Shown: piece by piece, positions 30,429-40,441 of the stretch
Position numbering within the stretch: position 1 is the first letter of the stretch
Layout of the letters: every line of letters starts with the position of its first letter
Virus record (IMG/VR): IMGVR_UViG_3300020477_000032
Span: 1 to 54,509 of that record
Direction: 5' to 3' (one strand)
DNA length: 54,509 bases
Origin: a virus
Taxonomy: Duplodnaviria > Caudoviricetes
Position numbers and translations under genes: made by a program
The notes under the pieces: model-generated
Seen by the model: the letters and a program-made list of their open reading frames with translations, nothing else
Told to the model about the DNA's origin: nothing
Databases searched by the model: none

Positions 30429-32137
30429 TCGTTTTTAAAAAGGTACGATGGAAAAATTTTCTATCAACAGGCAACGCATTTACCGAAATGGATTTGACTG
30501 CTTCACCCACTACATTGATTGTGGGTGAAAATGGTTCTGGTAAGTCAACTATGTTGGATGTATTGACATATGTACTCTATTCTAAACCATTTCGTAGAAT
30601 AAATAAACCACAATTGATAAATTCTGTTAATAATGTAGATTTGCTAGTTGAGGTTGAATTTACGGTAGGAAGTAAAGAGTATAAAATCCGAAGAGGAATG
30701 AAACCCAATCTATTTGAGATTTTTGTTGATGGTAAAATGATGGATCAAGACTCAACGGTTCGTGATTATCAGGAACGGTTAGAAAAATATATTCTCAAAC
30801 TGAATTATAAAAGTTTTACGCAGATTATCGTTTTGGGGTCTAGTTCTTTTCAACCATTTATGCAATTATCTGCATCAAATCGTAGAGAAGTAATAGAGGA
30901 TTTGCTGGATATTGGTATTTTTTCGACTATGAATCAACTATTGCGTGAACGAGTGGTTGAGACTCGTATGAAATTGAATCGGTTTGAGCAAGATTTAAAA
31001 ATGACCGATGAACGTATTGCAATTCAACAAAAATATATTGATGATGTTGCTGAAATCCAAAACAATAAAATTGAAGACACGTTGAAAGAATTGGATTCTG
31101 CCGAAAGACAAAGATCCGAATTGGATTTGGAAATTCAGTTAATTAAGAATCGAATTGCTGTACTAGAACCAGATGTTGATGGTATTGAGGTTATAAGAGA
31201 ACGATTGCAAAAACTGAAGACGATGGAGAAGAAGATAAGAAGTAACCTCAAAAAAGTAGATGCCGATATAAAATTTTATGATGACAATGATAATTGCCCA
31301 ACGTGTGGTCAGACTTTGGATTATCAGCATGTTCAATTAATATTATCCGAAAAACAAAAACAGGCAGATGAATTTAGACAAGGGTCGGTTGATATTTCGG
31401 AAGAAATTCATTCAACCGAAAAGGGAGTAGAAACCAAAGAGATTATAGAAGGTGAAATACAAAATCATGAAATTTCTATCACCAATTGTGCTAATAGTAC
31501 GGTAGCACTCAACAAATATATCAATAAATTAAATAAGGATATTGAGTATTTACATCAGGTTCGTGATAAATCTGATGGTGATCTTGAGAAGATTACTAAA
31601 CTCAATGAAGAACGATATAGGATTGCTGAAGCAATAACTGAATTGGCAGAAGAACAGAAATATTATCATACTATGGGAGACATGCTTAAGGATGGTGGAA
31701 TTAAAACCCAGATCATCAAGCAATATTTGCCCGTAATGAATAATTTGGTTAATAAATATCTGACTGCAATGGAATCTTATTTTAATTTCACTATTGACGA
31801 ACAGTTTAACGAAATCATCAAAAGTAGGTATCGTGATGAATTTAGTTATGCTTCATTTAGTGAAGGTGAGAAAATGAGAATCGACCTAGCACTCCTATTT
31901 ACTTGGAGATCGGTTGCTCAATTGAAAAATAGTGCTAATACAAATCTGCTGATTTTGGACGAAGTGTTTGACAGTTCACTTGATACAAACGGCACAGATG
32001 AGTTTCTGAAACTCTTGCAGTCATTAGATTCCAAGAGCAACGTTTTCGTAATTTCGCATAAAGGTGATACTTTGTATGATAAATTCGATTCTACGATAAA
32101 ATTTGAGAAAATACAGAATTTTAGTAAGGTGGTATAA
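30425..32137 (+). CDS. gp46: recombination ATPase gp46 (Rad50-like)
   Basis: GENGSGKS, CPTC hook, FSEGE, LDEVFD. Confidence 0.97.
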   Translation: MIVFKKVRWKNFLSTGNAFTEMDLTASPTTLIVGENGSGKSTMLDVLTYVLYSKPFRRINKPQLINSVNNVDLLVEVEFTVGSKEYKIRRGMKPNLFEIFVDGKMMDQDSTVRDYQERLEKYILKLNYKSFTQIIVLGSSSFQPFMQLSASNRREVIEDLLDIGIFSTMNQLLRERVVETRMKLNRFEQDLKMTDERIAIQQKYIDDVAEIQNNKIEDTLKELDSAERQRSELDLEIQLIKNRIAVLEPDVDGIEVIRERLQKLKTMEKKIRSNLKKVDADIKFYDDNDNCPTCGQTLDYQHVQLILSEKQKQADEFRQGSVDISEEIHSTEKGVETKEIIEGEIQNHEISITNCANSTVALNKYINKLNKDIEYLHQVRDKSDGDLEKITKLNEERYRIAEAITELAEEQKYYHTMGDMLKDGGIKTQIIKQYLPVMNNLVNKYLTAMESYFNFTIDEQFNEIIKSRYRDEFSYASFSEGEKMRIDLALLFTWRSVAQLKNSANTNLLILDEVFDSSLDTNGTDEFLKLLQSLDSKSNVFVISHKGDTLYDKFDSTIKFEKIQNFSKVV

Positions 32138-32248
32138 AAATATAAGAAAAAAGTTGATTTGACCTAAACCTTTTGGGTGTCTCATACGTCTAATATAGTG
32201 TAAGGGGTAAGGGTTGAGTATGAAAAACTTTGATTTGACGAGGTTATT

Positions 32249-32458
32249 ATGATTAGTACATTTATGCATCCGAGTTTTCTGCGACAGAGCAAGATTGCCA
32301 ATTTCAGTACATTGGAACAATATCAACTATATAACGAAGTCCAACGTGCCAAACGTGAAGTACGAATAGAAGCAACCGTAGAGTTGGCAAGGCATGAGAG
32401 GAAGAAAGTAAATTCTACCAAAGCAGGGTTTGGAACAAAATTGGATATTTATGCCTAA
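32249..32458 (+). CDS. hypothetical protein
   Basis: SD GAGG; own upstream intergenic region. Confidence 0.6.
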   Translation: MISTFMHPSFLRQSKIANFSTLEQYQLYNEVQRAKREVRIEATVELARHERKKVNSTKAGFGTKLDIYA

Positions 32459-32473
32459 AAAGTGCTTTTTCTC

Positions 32474-32503
32474 TTGACAAGCACTTGCCGAATGTGGTAT
32501 AAT
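32474..32503 (+). promoter_or_regulatory. sigma70-type promoter
   Basis: TTGACA-N18-TATAAT with TGTGG before the -10. Confidence 0.85.
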
Positions 32504-32555
32504 ATAGACGTAACAAGGGGGAAAGAAAAAGTTCTTCCCCAATCAAACTTGAATT

Positions 32556-33686
32556 ATGGAGTACATAATGGATAGAGAATTACATTACATTCAAGATGCG
32601 TTAGAAGCATACTGTGTTGCTAAATTGACCGAATTATCGGAGAATGATGGTTTATCCATCAGCAATGATTCTCATGAAAAATATCGAGTATATAAAGAAT
32701 ATTGTGATACGAGACAAATAGATCCTTCTACTGATAAAAAGGGTAAGGTTTACTACAAATTGTATAATGAATATCTTCCCGTATTTTGGAATAATCTAAA
32801 AAACGAATATCCTGATTCCAAGATAGATTTTGTTGATGTTGAAAAAGAATATAGAAATCTGAAGAAAAAGGGTGATTTTCTGATTAAGGTAGAGAATGGT
32901 GTTACCAAGTCAGTTTCATTGAAAGCATATAAAAAAAGCATTAAAAGAATTCAGGTATGTAGTGGAACTTTTAATTCCTTTATTACCAATTTCCTGTTTG
33001 ACGGAAAGGGTGTCGGTACTTATTATACTGAATCTGGTGATAGTTTTAATAGTAAGAACGTGGAAGCAAGAGATTCTGAAATAGAAAAATTGGGATTGGG
33101 TAGTATCTTGCCTGATTTACATGAACTTGATAGAATAAATGCAGTTGTTAAAGAGAAATTTGTTTATGGTACAAAATCTGCATGGTATCAGGATATAGAA
33201 CAGGATTGGGTTCATGATCGTAAAAGTTATGGTCATTCGGCAAAAGATCTAACACTGAAAATTATTAGTGAAAATTTTACAGATGAACAGGTTAAGTCCA
33301 GACTATTAGAACAGGTCGGATTTAATGGTGAAGAAGAATTGTTGTTGTTAGACCCCGATAGAGTTATTGATAGTATTACGAATGAGAAGTTTAAAACTCT
33401 TATACATAATGTCAGATTTAATTCTTCGATTGAGTATTATATAAAGGGGCAAGGAATTAATTTTGATTTTATCGGTAAAGATGGTAGTGTTTTATTGAGT
33501 GTGAATATACCATTTACTTTGAATTCAAATGGTGCTTGGTTTCTTCCTAAAAACAAAAAGGGAAGTTTTAATGAAAAAGAAGAAATTTTCTTGGAATACG
33601 GACAACGTAGACCGAAAAAATCAAAGGAACTCGCCACTTCAATCAACTCATATGTTAATCTTGGCAAGACGGGTATTCTAGGTTGA
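32556..33686 (+). CDS. putative PD-(D/E)xK restriction-like endonuclease (start may be 32568)
   Basis: KGDFLI...KSVSLK resembles a D-x(n)-SxK active site; overlaps the MTase start. Confidence 0.5.
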   Translation: MEYIMDRELHYIQDALEAYCVAKLTELSENDGLSISNDSHEKYRVYKEYCDTRQIDPSTDKKGKVYYKLYNEYLPVFWNNLKNEYPDSKIDFVDVEKEYRNLKKKGDFLIKVENGVTKSVSLKAYKKSIKRIQVCSGTFNSFITNFLFDGKGVGTYYTESGDSFNSKNVEARDSEIEKLGLGSILPDLHELDRINAVVKEKFVYGTKSAWYQDIEQDWVHDRKSYGHSAKDLTLKIISENFTDEQVKSRLLEQVGFNGEEELLLLDPDRVIDSITNEKFKTLIHNVRFNSSIEYYIKGQGINFDFIGKDGSVLLSVNIPFTLNSNGAWFLPKNKKGSFNEKEEIFLEYGQRRPKKSKELATSINSYVNLGKTGILG

Positions 33687-34978
33687 ATTTCAGAAATATA
33701 GTGGGAAATCCACCTTTTCAGGATACTGCCAATCGTGGTAAAACTCAGCATAAGGTATGGATAGATTTCACTGCACGAATTTTCGATCAGGTGTTATCAT
33801 TTGGTGGCAATTTCGGTTGGATAACACCTACTAGTTTTTCAAGTCCTAGTAATAAAGTATTAAATTTGTTTCGAGAACATGAAGTCAAAGTCATCGACTT
33901 TGACACTGGTAGGTATTTTCCAACCGTTGGTTCTACTTTCAGCAATTATACTATTGTTAAAGGAAGAAATCAGACAAATACCACAATGGTTAGAAGAAAT
34001 GCTAGAGAATTCGAGGTTTGTTTTGATAACAGTACATTTTATTTACCCAATGATTTTTGTGATGAATCGTATTCCATTCATAAAAAAGTTATGTTTGATA
34101 ATGTAGACAGGTTTAATGTTAAGAAGGATTATGTAAGTTGTCATAATATTTTGTTGAACAAGGAAAATTCGACATTGAGTAAAACCAAAACGGACAAACA
34201 TATTTATCCTGTTTTTCATACCAACAGACAAAAATGGTTTACAACATTTAAACAGGATTTTGCTGATTCAAAGAAAGTTATGTGGACAAGAAGTGGTTAT
34301 ACCAAACCATTTTATGATGATGGTACTATGGGGTGTACTGATATGGGTTATTACATTACAGTACAGACTGATGAAGATGGCATAAACTTGGAAAACAATT
34401 TCGATACAGAGTTATTCAGATATATTTTCAAAACCGCAAAGTGGTCTGGTTTCGGGAACGAAAAGGTTTTTTCGGCATTACCAGAGATTCCGATAGATAG
34501 GAAAATGACCGATGATGAAATGTATAATTTCTTTTCCATATCAGACGATGAAATTAATTACATAAAAACCTTTAGTAATAAAAAAGTATTAAAAGATAAA
34601 ACTAAAAAACTTATTAAGTCTGATACCAGAGTTAAGAATTTGGGAGAAGTTTTTACACCCAAAGAACTAGTTAATACAATATTGGATACTTTTCCGCAAG
34701 AAGAATTCAGTTCAAATCAACTTTTTTTAGATCCGTCTTGTGGGAATGGTAATTTTTTGGTTGAGGTGGTCAAAAGAAAGAAGAACATGGGTATACCAGA
34801 TGATAAAAATGCGAGTACTATTTACGGGGTTGACATTATGGAAGACAATGTTTCAGAGTGTAGGGAAAGATTACTAAGTATATTGGGAAATAAATATAAA
34901 AGGGTTTTGGACAATAATATACTATGTACAAATGGTTTTGAGTATGATTATAGTTTTTTTGATTTATATAGTATATGA
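33683..34978 (+). CDS. amino (probably N6-adenine) DNA methyltransferase, circularly permuted
   Basis: IVGNPPF at the N-terminus; GEVFTP, FLDPSCGNGNF, IYGVDI at the C-terminus. Confidence 0.85.
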   Translation: MNFRNIVGNPPFQDTANRGKTQHKVWIDFTARIFDQVLSFGGNFGWITPTSFSSPSNKVLNLFREHEVKVIDFDTGRYFPTVGSTFSNYTIVKGRNQTNTTMVRRNAREFEVCFDNSTFYLPNDFCDESYSIHKKVMFDNVDRFNVKKDYVSCHNILLNKENSTLSKTKTDKHIYPVFHTNRQKWFTTFKQDFADSKKVMWTRSGYTKPFYDDGTMGCTDMGYYITVQTDEDGINLENNFDTELFRYIFKTAKWSGFGNEKVFSALPEIPIDRKMTDDEMYNFFSISDDEINYIKTFSNKKVLKDKTKKLIKSDTRVKNLGEVFTPKELVNTILDTFPQEEFSSNQLFLDPSCGNGNFLVEVVKRKKNMGIPDDKNASTIYGVDIMEDNVSECRERLLSILGNKYKRVLDNNILCTNGFEYDYSFFDLYSI

Positions 34979-35814
34979 AATATCAATTGATTCGTGGTGA
35001 TTGTCTTGTTGAGATGAAGAAAATTGATGATGCAAGTATTGACTTGATTTTATGTGATTTGCCTTATGGTACAACTGACCAATACAGTGATAGCAATGAA
35101 AACAGAGTTTTCGATTGGGATATGGTCATTCCATTAGATTTGTTATGGGAACAGTATAAAAGAATATTGAAACCGAAGGGAACAGTTGTTTTAACTGCTG
35201 ACCAACCTTTTACTTCACAATTGGTCATTTCAAATTATGAATGGTTTAAGTACGAGTGGATTTGGGTTAAGGAGAAAGTGATTGGGTTTTTATTGGCAAA
35301 TTATCGACCAATGAAACAGACAGAAGATATTCTGGTTTTTTCACCAGCAGGGGCATCTGCTGGTTCTGCCAAATCTGGAAATTCTATGACATATAATCCG
35401 CAAGGGTTGATACCTAAACGGGTCAAGAAAAGGAATAATCCTAAACGACTTGGTGTTGTTATACATAATCCAGATCATTTGGGTAGTGGCAATAAATTAT
35501 TAACGGATTCGGAATATGAGCAGAAATTTACTAATTATCCATCAGAAATAATAAATTGCTCACTTGATGATGAACGTGTTCATCCTACACAAAAACCAGT
35601 TGCTTTGATGGAATATCTGATTCGGACACATTCAAACGAAGATGATTTGGTTTTGGATAATTGTATGGGCAGTGGAACAACTGGTGTTGCTTGTGGTCGA
35701 ACAGGCAGGAGATTTGTCGGGATAGAACAGAATCAAGAATTTTTTACTATCGCAGAAGAAAGGATCAAAGACTCCTATTTTAATTTAGAAACTATGTTTG
35801 GGGGAGACAAATGA
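34975..35814 (+). CDS. beta-class N4/N6 DNA methyltransferase
   Basis: GDC, DLPYG, HPTQKP, LDNCMGSGTTG. Confidence 0.93.
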   Translation: MKYQLIRGDCLVEMKKIDDASIDLILCDLPYGTTDQYSDSNENRVFDWDMVIPLDLLWEQYKRILKPKGTVVLTADQPFTSQLVISNYEWFKYEWIWVKEKVIGFLLANYRPMKQTEDILVFSPAGASAGSAKSGNSMTYNPQGLIPKRVKKRNNPKRLGVVIHNPDHLGSGNKLLTDSEYEQKFTNYPSEIINCSLDDERVHPTQKPVALMEYLIRTHSNEDDLVLDNCMGSGTTGVACGRTGRRFVGIEQNQEFFTIAEERIKDSYFNLETMFGGDK

Positions 35815-35990
35815 AATGGTTTTTCGATTTTTTGAGCAATAACTCACACGAAGTTTATTGCTGGTCTTGGGCAATAACAATTTGTACTGCTTGCTTGCTT
35901 TTTCTTTTAATAATAGATAGATATTGGACTCAGGCATATTCAGAAGGATATGAACAGGGGTTCAAAGATGGTTGTGAAGAAAGTTCTTGA
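35811..35990 (+). CDS. 59-aa membrane protein (not in ORF track)
   Basis: MKWFFDF...AITICTACLLFLLII...AYSEGYEQGFKDG; SD GGAG and ATGA overlap. Confidence 0.6.
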   Translation: MKWFFDFLSNNSHEVYCWSWAITICTACLLFLLIIDRYWTQAYSEGYEQGFKDGCEESS

Positions 35991-36015
35991 CAAAATGATT
36001 TTTTTGTGGTATAAT
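35987..36015 (+). promoter_or_regulatory. sigma70-type promoter
   Basis: TTGACA-N17-TATAAT with TGTGG. Confidence 0.88.
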
Positions 36016-36041
36016 ATACCTGTTATATGATGAGGGAAAAA

Positions 36042-36524
36042 ATGAACGTATTTTACTTACACCATAATCCTAAAACCTGTGCCAAATATCATAATGACAA
36101 ACATTGTGTCAAAATGATATTAGAATATGCACAATTGATGTCAACTGCACATCGCATCGTAGATGGTGATGATGCAGACAATTTAGTTTATAAGGCAACG
36201 CATAAAAATCACCCATCAGCAATATGGGCAAGACATTCCGATCTCAATTATGATTGGTTGTATAAATTATTTGAAGAATTGTCAAGTGAATATACCCATC
36301 GTTATGGCAAACAACATTTGTCATATACCAAACTCAAGGATATTCTACGGTATCCACCAGACAATATTACTATTGGTGAATTTACCCAACCTACTCCAGC
36401 AATGCCAGAACATTGCAAAATTCCTAACGATTCGATTGCTTCCTACCGAAATTATTACAAAACAGAAAAAAGTCATTTAGCAAAATGGACTGCTCGACCA
36501 GTTCCAAAGTGGTATAAAAAATGA
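36042..36524 (+). CDS. pyrimidine-dimer DNA glycosylase (DenV)-family protein
   Basis: MNVFYL, DKHCVKMILEYAQL, HKNHPSAIW, EYTHRYGK.H. Confidence 0.75.
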   Translation: MNVFYLHHNPKTCAKYHNDKHCVKMILEYAQLMSTAHRIVDGDDADNLVYKATHKNHPSAIWARHSDLNYDWLYKLFEELSSEYTHRYGKQHLSYTKLKDILRYPPDNITIGEFTQPTPAMPEHCKIPNDSIASYRNYYKTEKSHLAKWTARPVPKWYKK

Positions 36525-36595
36525 ATGAGAATATTAGAATAGCATTAACAATTTGGTTTGTATTTGTGTTTATATTTTTTGTAGGTAGTTGTTAG
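36521..36595 (+). CDS. 24-aa hydrophobic microprotein
   Basis: MNENIRIALTIWFVFVFIFFVGSC*, ATGA-coupled, fills the gap exactly. Confidence 0.45.
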   Translation: MNENIRIALTIWFVFVFIFFVGSC

Positions 36596-36598
36596 ATT

Positions 36599-37708
36599 AT
36601 GGAATTGAGTTACGATGATACGATGCATGTAAAAAAGGTCTATGAGGATTTTTATGGACAGTTGACAGATGTTTCTGATTATATGCGAATCAAGAAATTA
36701 GAAGCACTTTCGCAACTTCCACCACAACTTTTCAGTCATTCTGATGATTACTTTGACTCTTATGATATGAGTCCAATGGACATGGATTTCGAGATAGTTG
36801 ACGTATCACAACAACAATTTACGAGTTTATTAGAATACACTACATCGTGGGGATTTGAAACAACACCCGGCCGATTATTGCGGTATGGGATTAAGGAAAA
36901 GAATACAAATAGATTTATAGGTTTGATTAAAATGGGTTCACCTGTTATTAATATGAAACCGAGAAATGTAATGCTTGGTGGTGTTCCTAAATTGCCAATT
37001 TTCAACCGACATGCAACAATGGGTTTTTGTATTGTACCTATGCAACCATTTGGATTTAACTATTTGGGTGGTAAATTACTTGCTCTGATATGTGCATCGC
37101 ATTTTATCAGACGGGAATGGAACAAAAAATACGATACAGAAATATGTATGTTTGAAACTACATCCTTGTATGGTGATATAAAGGGTGTTTCGCAATATGA
37201 TGGACTCAAACCATTTATGCGTTATAAGGGTTTGAGTGAATCTAAATTTTTACAGAGTTTTTTGGATAAACAGTATGACTATTTGAGGGATTTCTTTAAA
37301 ATTAGGAATGGTGGTGTTCCTATCTTAAAACGACCACAAGCAAGTTATCGAATGAAAATTCAAAATATGATTTTAGGTATTTTGAAGAAGAATTTGAGAA
37401 TACACGATCAACAGATGTACGATGATTTTAGTAAATTTATTAGTGAACGGGTTTCTCTGACTAGCAAAAAACGGTATTATGTAGGTCATTATGGTTATAA
37501 AAATGCATTAGAATATATTAAGGGTGATGAACCAAAACTAATCAAGAATGTAAATTTTGACCGTTTTGAAATGGATAATGTCATTGAGTGGTGGAGAAAA
37601 AAAGCACAACGCAGATTCGAGACATTAAAAAAGGATGGTAGATATAGAACTGAACAGGAAATTTGGGATATTAACGAGGTCAGGAAAGAATTTGATATCA
37701 TTAGATGA
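36599..37708 (+). CDS. DUF4338/DruA-like protein, possible DNA-modifying GNAT fold
   Basis: PFGFNYLGGKLLAL, ETTSLYG, SQY motifs. Confidence 0.6.
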   Translation: MELSYDDTMHVKKVYEDFYGQLTDVSDYMRIKKLEALSQLPPQLFSHSDDYFDSYDMSPMDMDFEIVDVSQQQFTSLLEYTTSWGFETTPGRLLRYGIKEKNTNRFIGLIKMGSPVINMKPRNVMLGGVPKLPIFNRHATMGFCIVPMQPFGFNYLGGKLLALICASHFIRREWNKKYDTEICMFETTSLYGDIKGVSQYDGLKPFMRYKGLSESKFLQSFLDKQYDYLRDFFKIRNGGVPILKRPQASYRMKIQNMILGILKKNLRIHDQQMYDDFSKFISERVSLTSKKRYYVGHYGYKNALEYIKGDEPKLIKNVNFDRFEMDNVIEWWRKKAQRRFETLKKDGRYRTEQEIWDINEVRKEFDIIR

Positions 37709-37715
37709 TTTAGTC

Positions 37716-37744
37716 TTGACTTTTAGTAAAATATGTGGTATAAT
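37716..37744 (+). promoter_or_regulatory. sigma70-type promoter
   Basis: TTGACT-N17-TATAAT with TGTGG. Confidence 0.88.
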
Positions 37745-37753
37745 AGGTGTATT

Positions 37754-38086
37754 ATGAAATATGATTACAAAAAGGTATTAGAGGATGTGAATGACTATGT
37801 TTCATCTTTTCGGGGTAATAATTATTATTCTGATGGTGATGATGGTGTGGAAGTGATAGATTTGCTCAAGGCAAAAGACCATTTAGAGGGATTTTGTATT
37901 GGCAATATTATAAAATATATATCCAGAGCAGGGATCAAAACTGAAGATTCACGTTCTGATTTGATGAAGTGTTTTCATTATTTAATTATTTTGATGGTTC
38001 TGGAAAATCCAGAACGATATGGAGATAAAAATTATGCAATTGACAAAGGCAACGGTGGATTTGCTGAAGAATTTCTCGACCATTAA
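37754..38086 (+). CDS. DUF3310-family protein (start revised)
   Basis: EVID...GFCIGNIIKY..RAG.K...DLMK..HY. Confidence 0.75.
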   Translation: MKYDYKKVLEDVNDYVSSFRGNNYYSDGDDGVEVIDLLKAKDHLEGFCIGNIIKYISRAGIKTEDSRSDLMKCFHYLIILMVLENPERYGDKNYAIDKGNGGFAEEFLDH

Positions 38087-38720
38087 TGGTTCTATTTTAG
38101 TAAAGGCAGGGAAGAAATTAGAAACTATTTCTGCAACTAAAAATATTTTGGCATCAGCAGATGTATCGGAGACTTTTGAAACACAATTTGGTATTTACGA
38201 TTTGAATGAATTTTTGAATTTGGCAACTTCTGAAGCATTTATTGGTGCAGATTTGCAATTTCAAGAGAAATCTGTTGTACTGAAAAATGGTCGTTCTCGA
38301 TCACGATATTATTATGCTGATCCTAGTACAATTATTTCACCTACGCAAATGTTGACAATGCCTGATATTGATGTTAGGGTCAAGATTAGTTCAGATGATT
38401 TGAAACGAATTAAAAGTATGGCATCAATTCTAGGCAAGAATGACTTTACTATTTCTGGTGTAGACGATGAAATAATTATGTCAGTTTCAGACAAGAAAGA
38501 TCCGACAACTAATAATTTTGAGATGAACATTGCAAAGTTTGATGAAAATGATGTGTATGAACCGTTTTCAATGAGTATGAAAATAGAAAATCTGAAACTT
38601 ATGGGGGGAGATTATGTCGTTAATCTGGCATCTAAAGGTATTGCACATTTCGTCAATAGTGATGTACCTGTGGAGTATTATATAGCAATGGCAGATGCAT
38701 CTTATGGAAAAGAGGGTTAA
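38034..38720 (+). CDS. gp45: sliding clamp gp45 (start revised)
   Basis: LKNFSTIN, FGIYDLNEFL, KIENLK, YYIA; SD GGAG. Confidence 0.95.
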   Translation: MQLTKATVDLLKNFSTINGSILVKAGKKLETISATKNILASADVSETFETQFGIYDLNEFLNLATSEAFIGADLQFQEKSVVLKNGRSRSRYYYADPSTIISPTQMLTMPDIDVRVKISSDDLKRIKSMASILGKNDFTISGVDDEIIMSVSDKKDPTTNNFEMNIAKFDENDVYEPFSMSMKIENLKLMGGDYVVNLASKGIAHFVNSDVPVEYYIAMADASYGKEG

Positions 38721-38727
38721 GTAATTT

Positions 38728-39666
38728 ATGCGTGAAGAATTTCTTTGGGTTGAAAAATATCGACCTAAAACAATAGATGAATGTATTTTGCCCGAAGATT
38801 TAAAGAGTACCTTTGGGCAATTCGTGGATAACAAAGAAATTCCAAATTTGTTATTATCTGGCACATCTGGCATCGGTAAAACCACCGTTGCCAGAGCATT
38901 GTGCGAACAGTTGGATACTGATTATATTCTTATCAATGGTTCAGAAGAAAGTGGTATTGGGGTATTGCGTACTAAAATTAAAGACTTTGCTAGTACAGTT
39001 TCCTTATCTGGGATGGCAAAAGTAATCATTTTAGATGAAGCAGATTATCTTGAACCGAATTCTACACAACCAGCATTAAGGGGGTTTATTGAAGAATTTA
39101 GCAAAAATTGTCGATTTATATTGACTGCAAATTATGCCAATAAGATCATTAAACCTTTGCATTCCAGATGTAGTGTAATTCGTTTTTCTATTCCACAATC
39201 AATAATGGCACATATGGCAAGTGGTTTTATGCAACGTGCTATATATATTCTTGGAGAAGAAAAGGTTAATTATGAAGCAAGGGTGCTTGCGGAATTGATT
39301 ACTAAATACTTACCAGATTGGAGAAGAATATTGAACGAACTCCAACGGTATTCTGCGAGTGGAACTATTGATGTTGGTATTCTAACTAACTGGAAAGAAA
39401 AACCAATTACAGATTTGGTTGCATTGATAAAGAAGAAGAATTTTACCGAAATGCGAAAATGGGTTGAGCAAAATTTGGATAACGATCCAAGTGTGATGTT
39501 TCGTAAAATTTATGATGTCATGGGTGAAGATTTGACCCCACAAACACTACCACTTGCAGTTGTTTCGATTGCTGATTATAGTTATAAATCAGCATTTGTG
39601 GTAGATCAAGAGATAAACATGGTAGCATGTTTGACTGAGATTATGGGGCAATGTGAGTTTAAGTAA
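38728..39666 (+). CDS. gp44: clamp loader gp44
   Basis: WVEKYRP, GIGKTT, DEAD, SRC. Confidence 0.97.
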   Translation: MREEFLWVEKYRPKTIDECILPEDLKSTFGQFVDNKEIPNLLLSGTSGIGKTTVARALCEQLDTDYILINGSEESGIGVLRTKIKDFASTVSLSGMAKVIILDEADYLEPNSTQPALRGFIEEFSKNCRFILTANYANKIIKPLHSRCSVIRFSIPQSIMAHMASGFMQRAIYILGEEKVNYEARVLAELITKYLPDWRRILNELQRYSASGTIDVGILTNWKEKPITDLVALIKKKNFTEMRKWVEQNLDNDPSVMFRKIYDVMGEDLTPQTLPLAVVSIADYSYKSAFVVDQEINMVACLTEIMGQCEFK

Positions 39667-40055
39667 TGGCATTATTTGATTTTATAAATGCAATCAATTA
39701 TAATAAGAACAAGGATTTATACAAGGAAGATCCTTTAGCAGACAAAGAGTATAAACCATTTGTGATAAACAAGTTTCTATCACAGCATCTCGATTGCGTA
39801 TTGTTCGTAAATGAGATGAACATTAGACCACATTGTGATAATGAGTTACAATTTCATTATTTTATAAATAGTCTTAGGAAGAAAAAAAGAATTGCCAAAA
39901 AATGGCATAAATCCGAATTATCTGATGATGTCAAGTGCATACAAGAATATTACAACTATAGCAGACAGAAGGCAGAAGATGCACTTACTATTCTTGGTAG
40001 TGAGGAACTTTCTTATATTAAGGAGAGACTATATAAAGGTGGTACTAAAAAATGA
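39666..40055 (+). CDS. gp62: clamp loader subunit gp62
   Basis: YKPFVIN..LS, NEMN, YYNYS..KA; synteny. Confidence 0.93.
   Translation: MALFDFINAINYNKNKDLYKEDPLADKEYKPFVINKFLSQHLDCVLFVNEMNIRPHCDNELQFHYFINSLRKKKRIAKKWHKSELSDDVKCIQEYYNYSRQKAEDALTILGSEELSYIKERLYKGGTKK
39863..39870 (+). promoter_or_regulatory. possible late promoter inside gp62
   Basis: Exact TATAAATA about 180 nt upstream of regA. Confidence 0.45.
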
Positions 40056-40435
40056 TAGATACTATGATAGAAGTTGCTCTGGCAGAACCAGACGATTTTC
40101 TAAAGATAAAGGAAACATTGAGTCGAATTGGTGTTGCTTCACGCAACGATAGGAAATTGTTCCAATCATGTCATATTCTGCATAAGCAGGGTAGATATTA
40201 TATTGTCCATTTCAAGGAATTGTTTGCTTTAGATGGAAAACCAACTAATTTTTCGGAGAATGACGAAGCACGAAGGAATACGATTGTTAATTTGCTAAAG
40301 GAATGGGGATTACTAACTATTGTGAGAGGTGATACAGAAACAAATATTGCACCTCTAAATCAAATAAAAGTTCTTGCTTATGCCGATAAGGATGAATGGG
40401 AACTAATTCCGAAATATAATATCGGAAAAAAATAA
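40052..40435 (+). CDS. regA: translational repressor RegA
   Basis: DDFLKIKETL.RIG, QSCHILHKQG, HFKELF.LDG. Confidence 0.97.
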   Translation: MIDTMIEVALAEPDDFLKIKETLSRIGVASRNDRKLFQSCHILHKQGRYYIVHFKELFALDGKPTNFSENDEARRNTIVNLLKEWGLLTIVRGDTETNIAPLNQIKVLAYADKDEWELIPKYNIGKK

Positions 40436-40441
40436 GGATGT

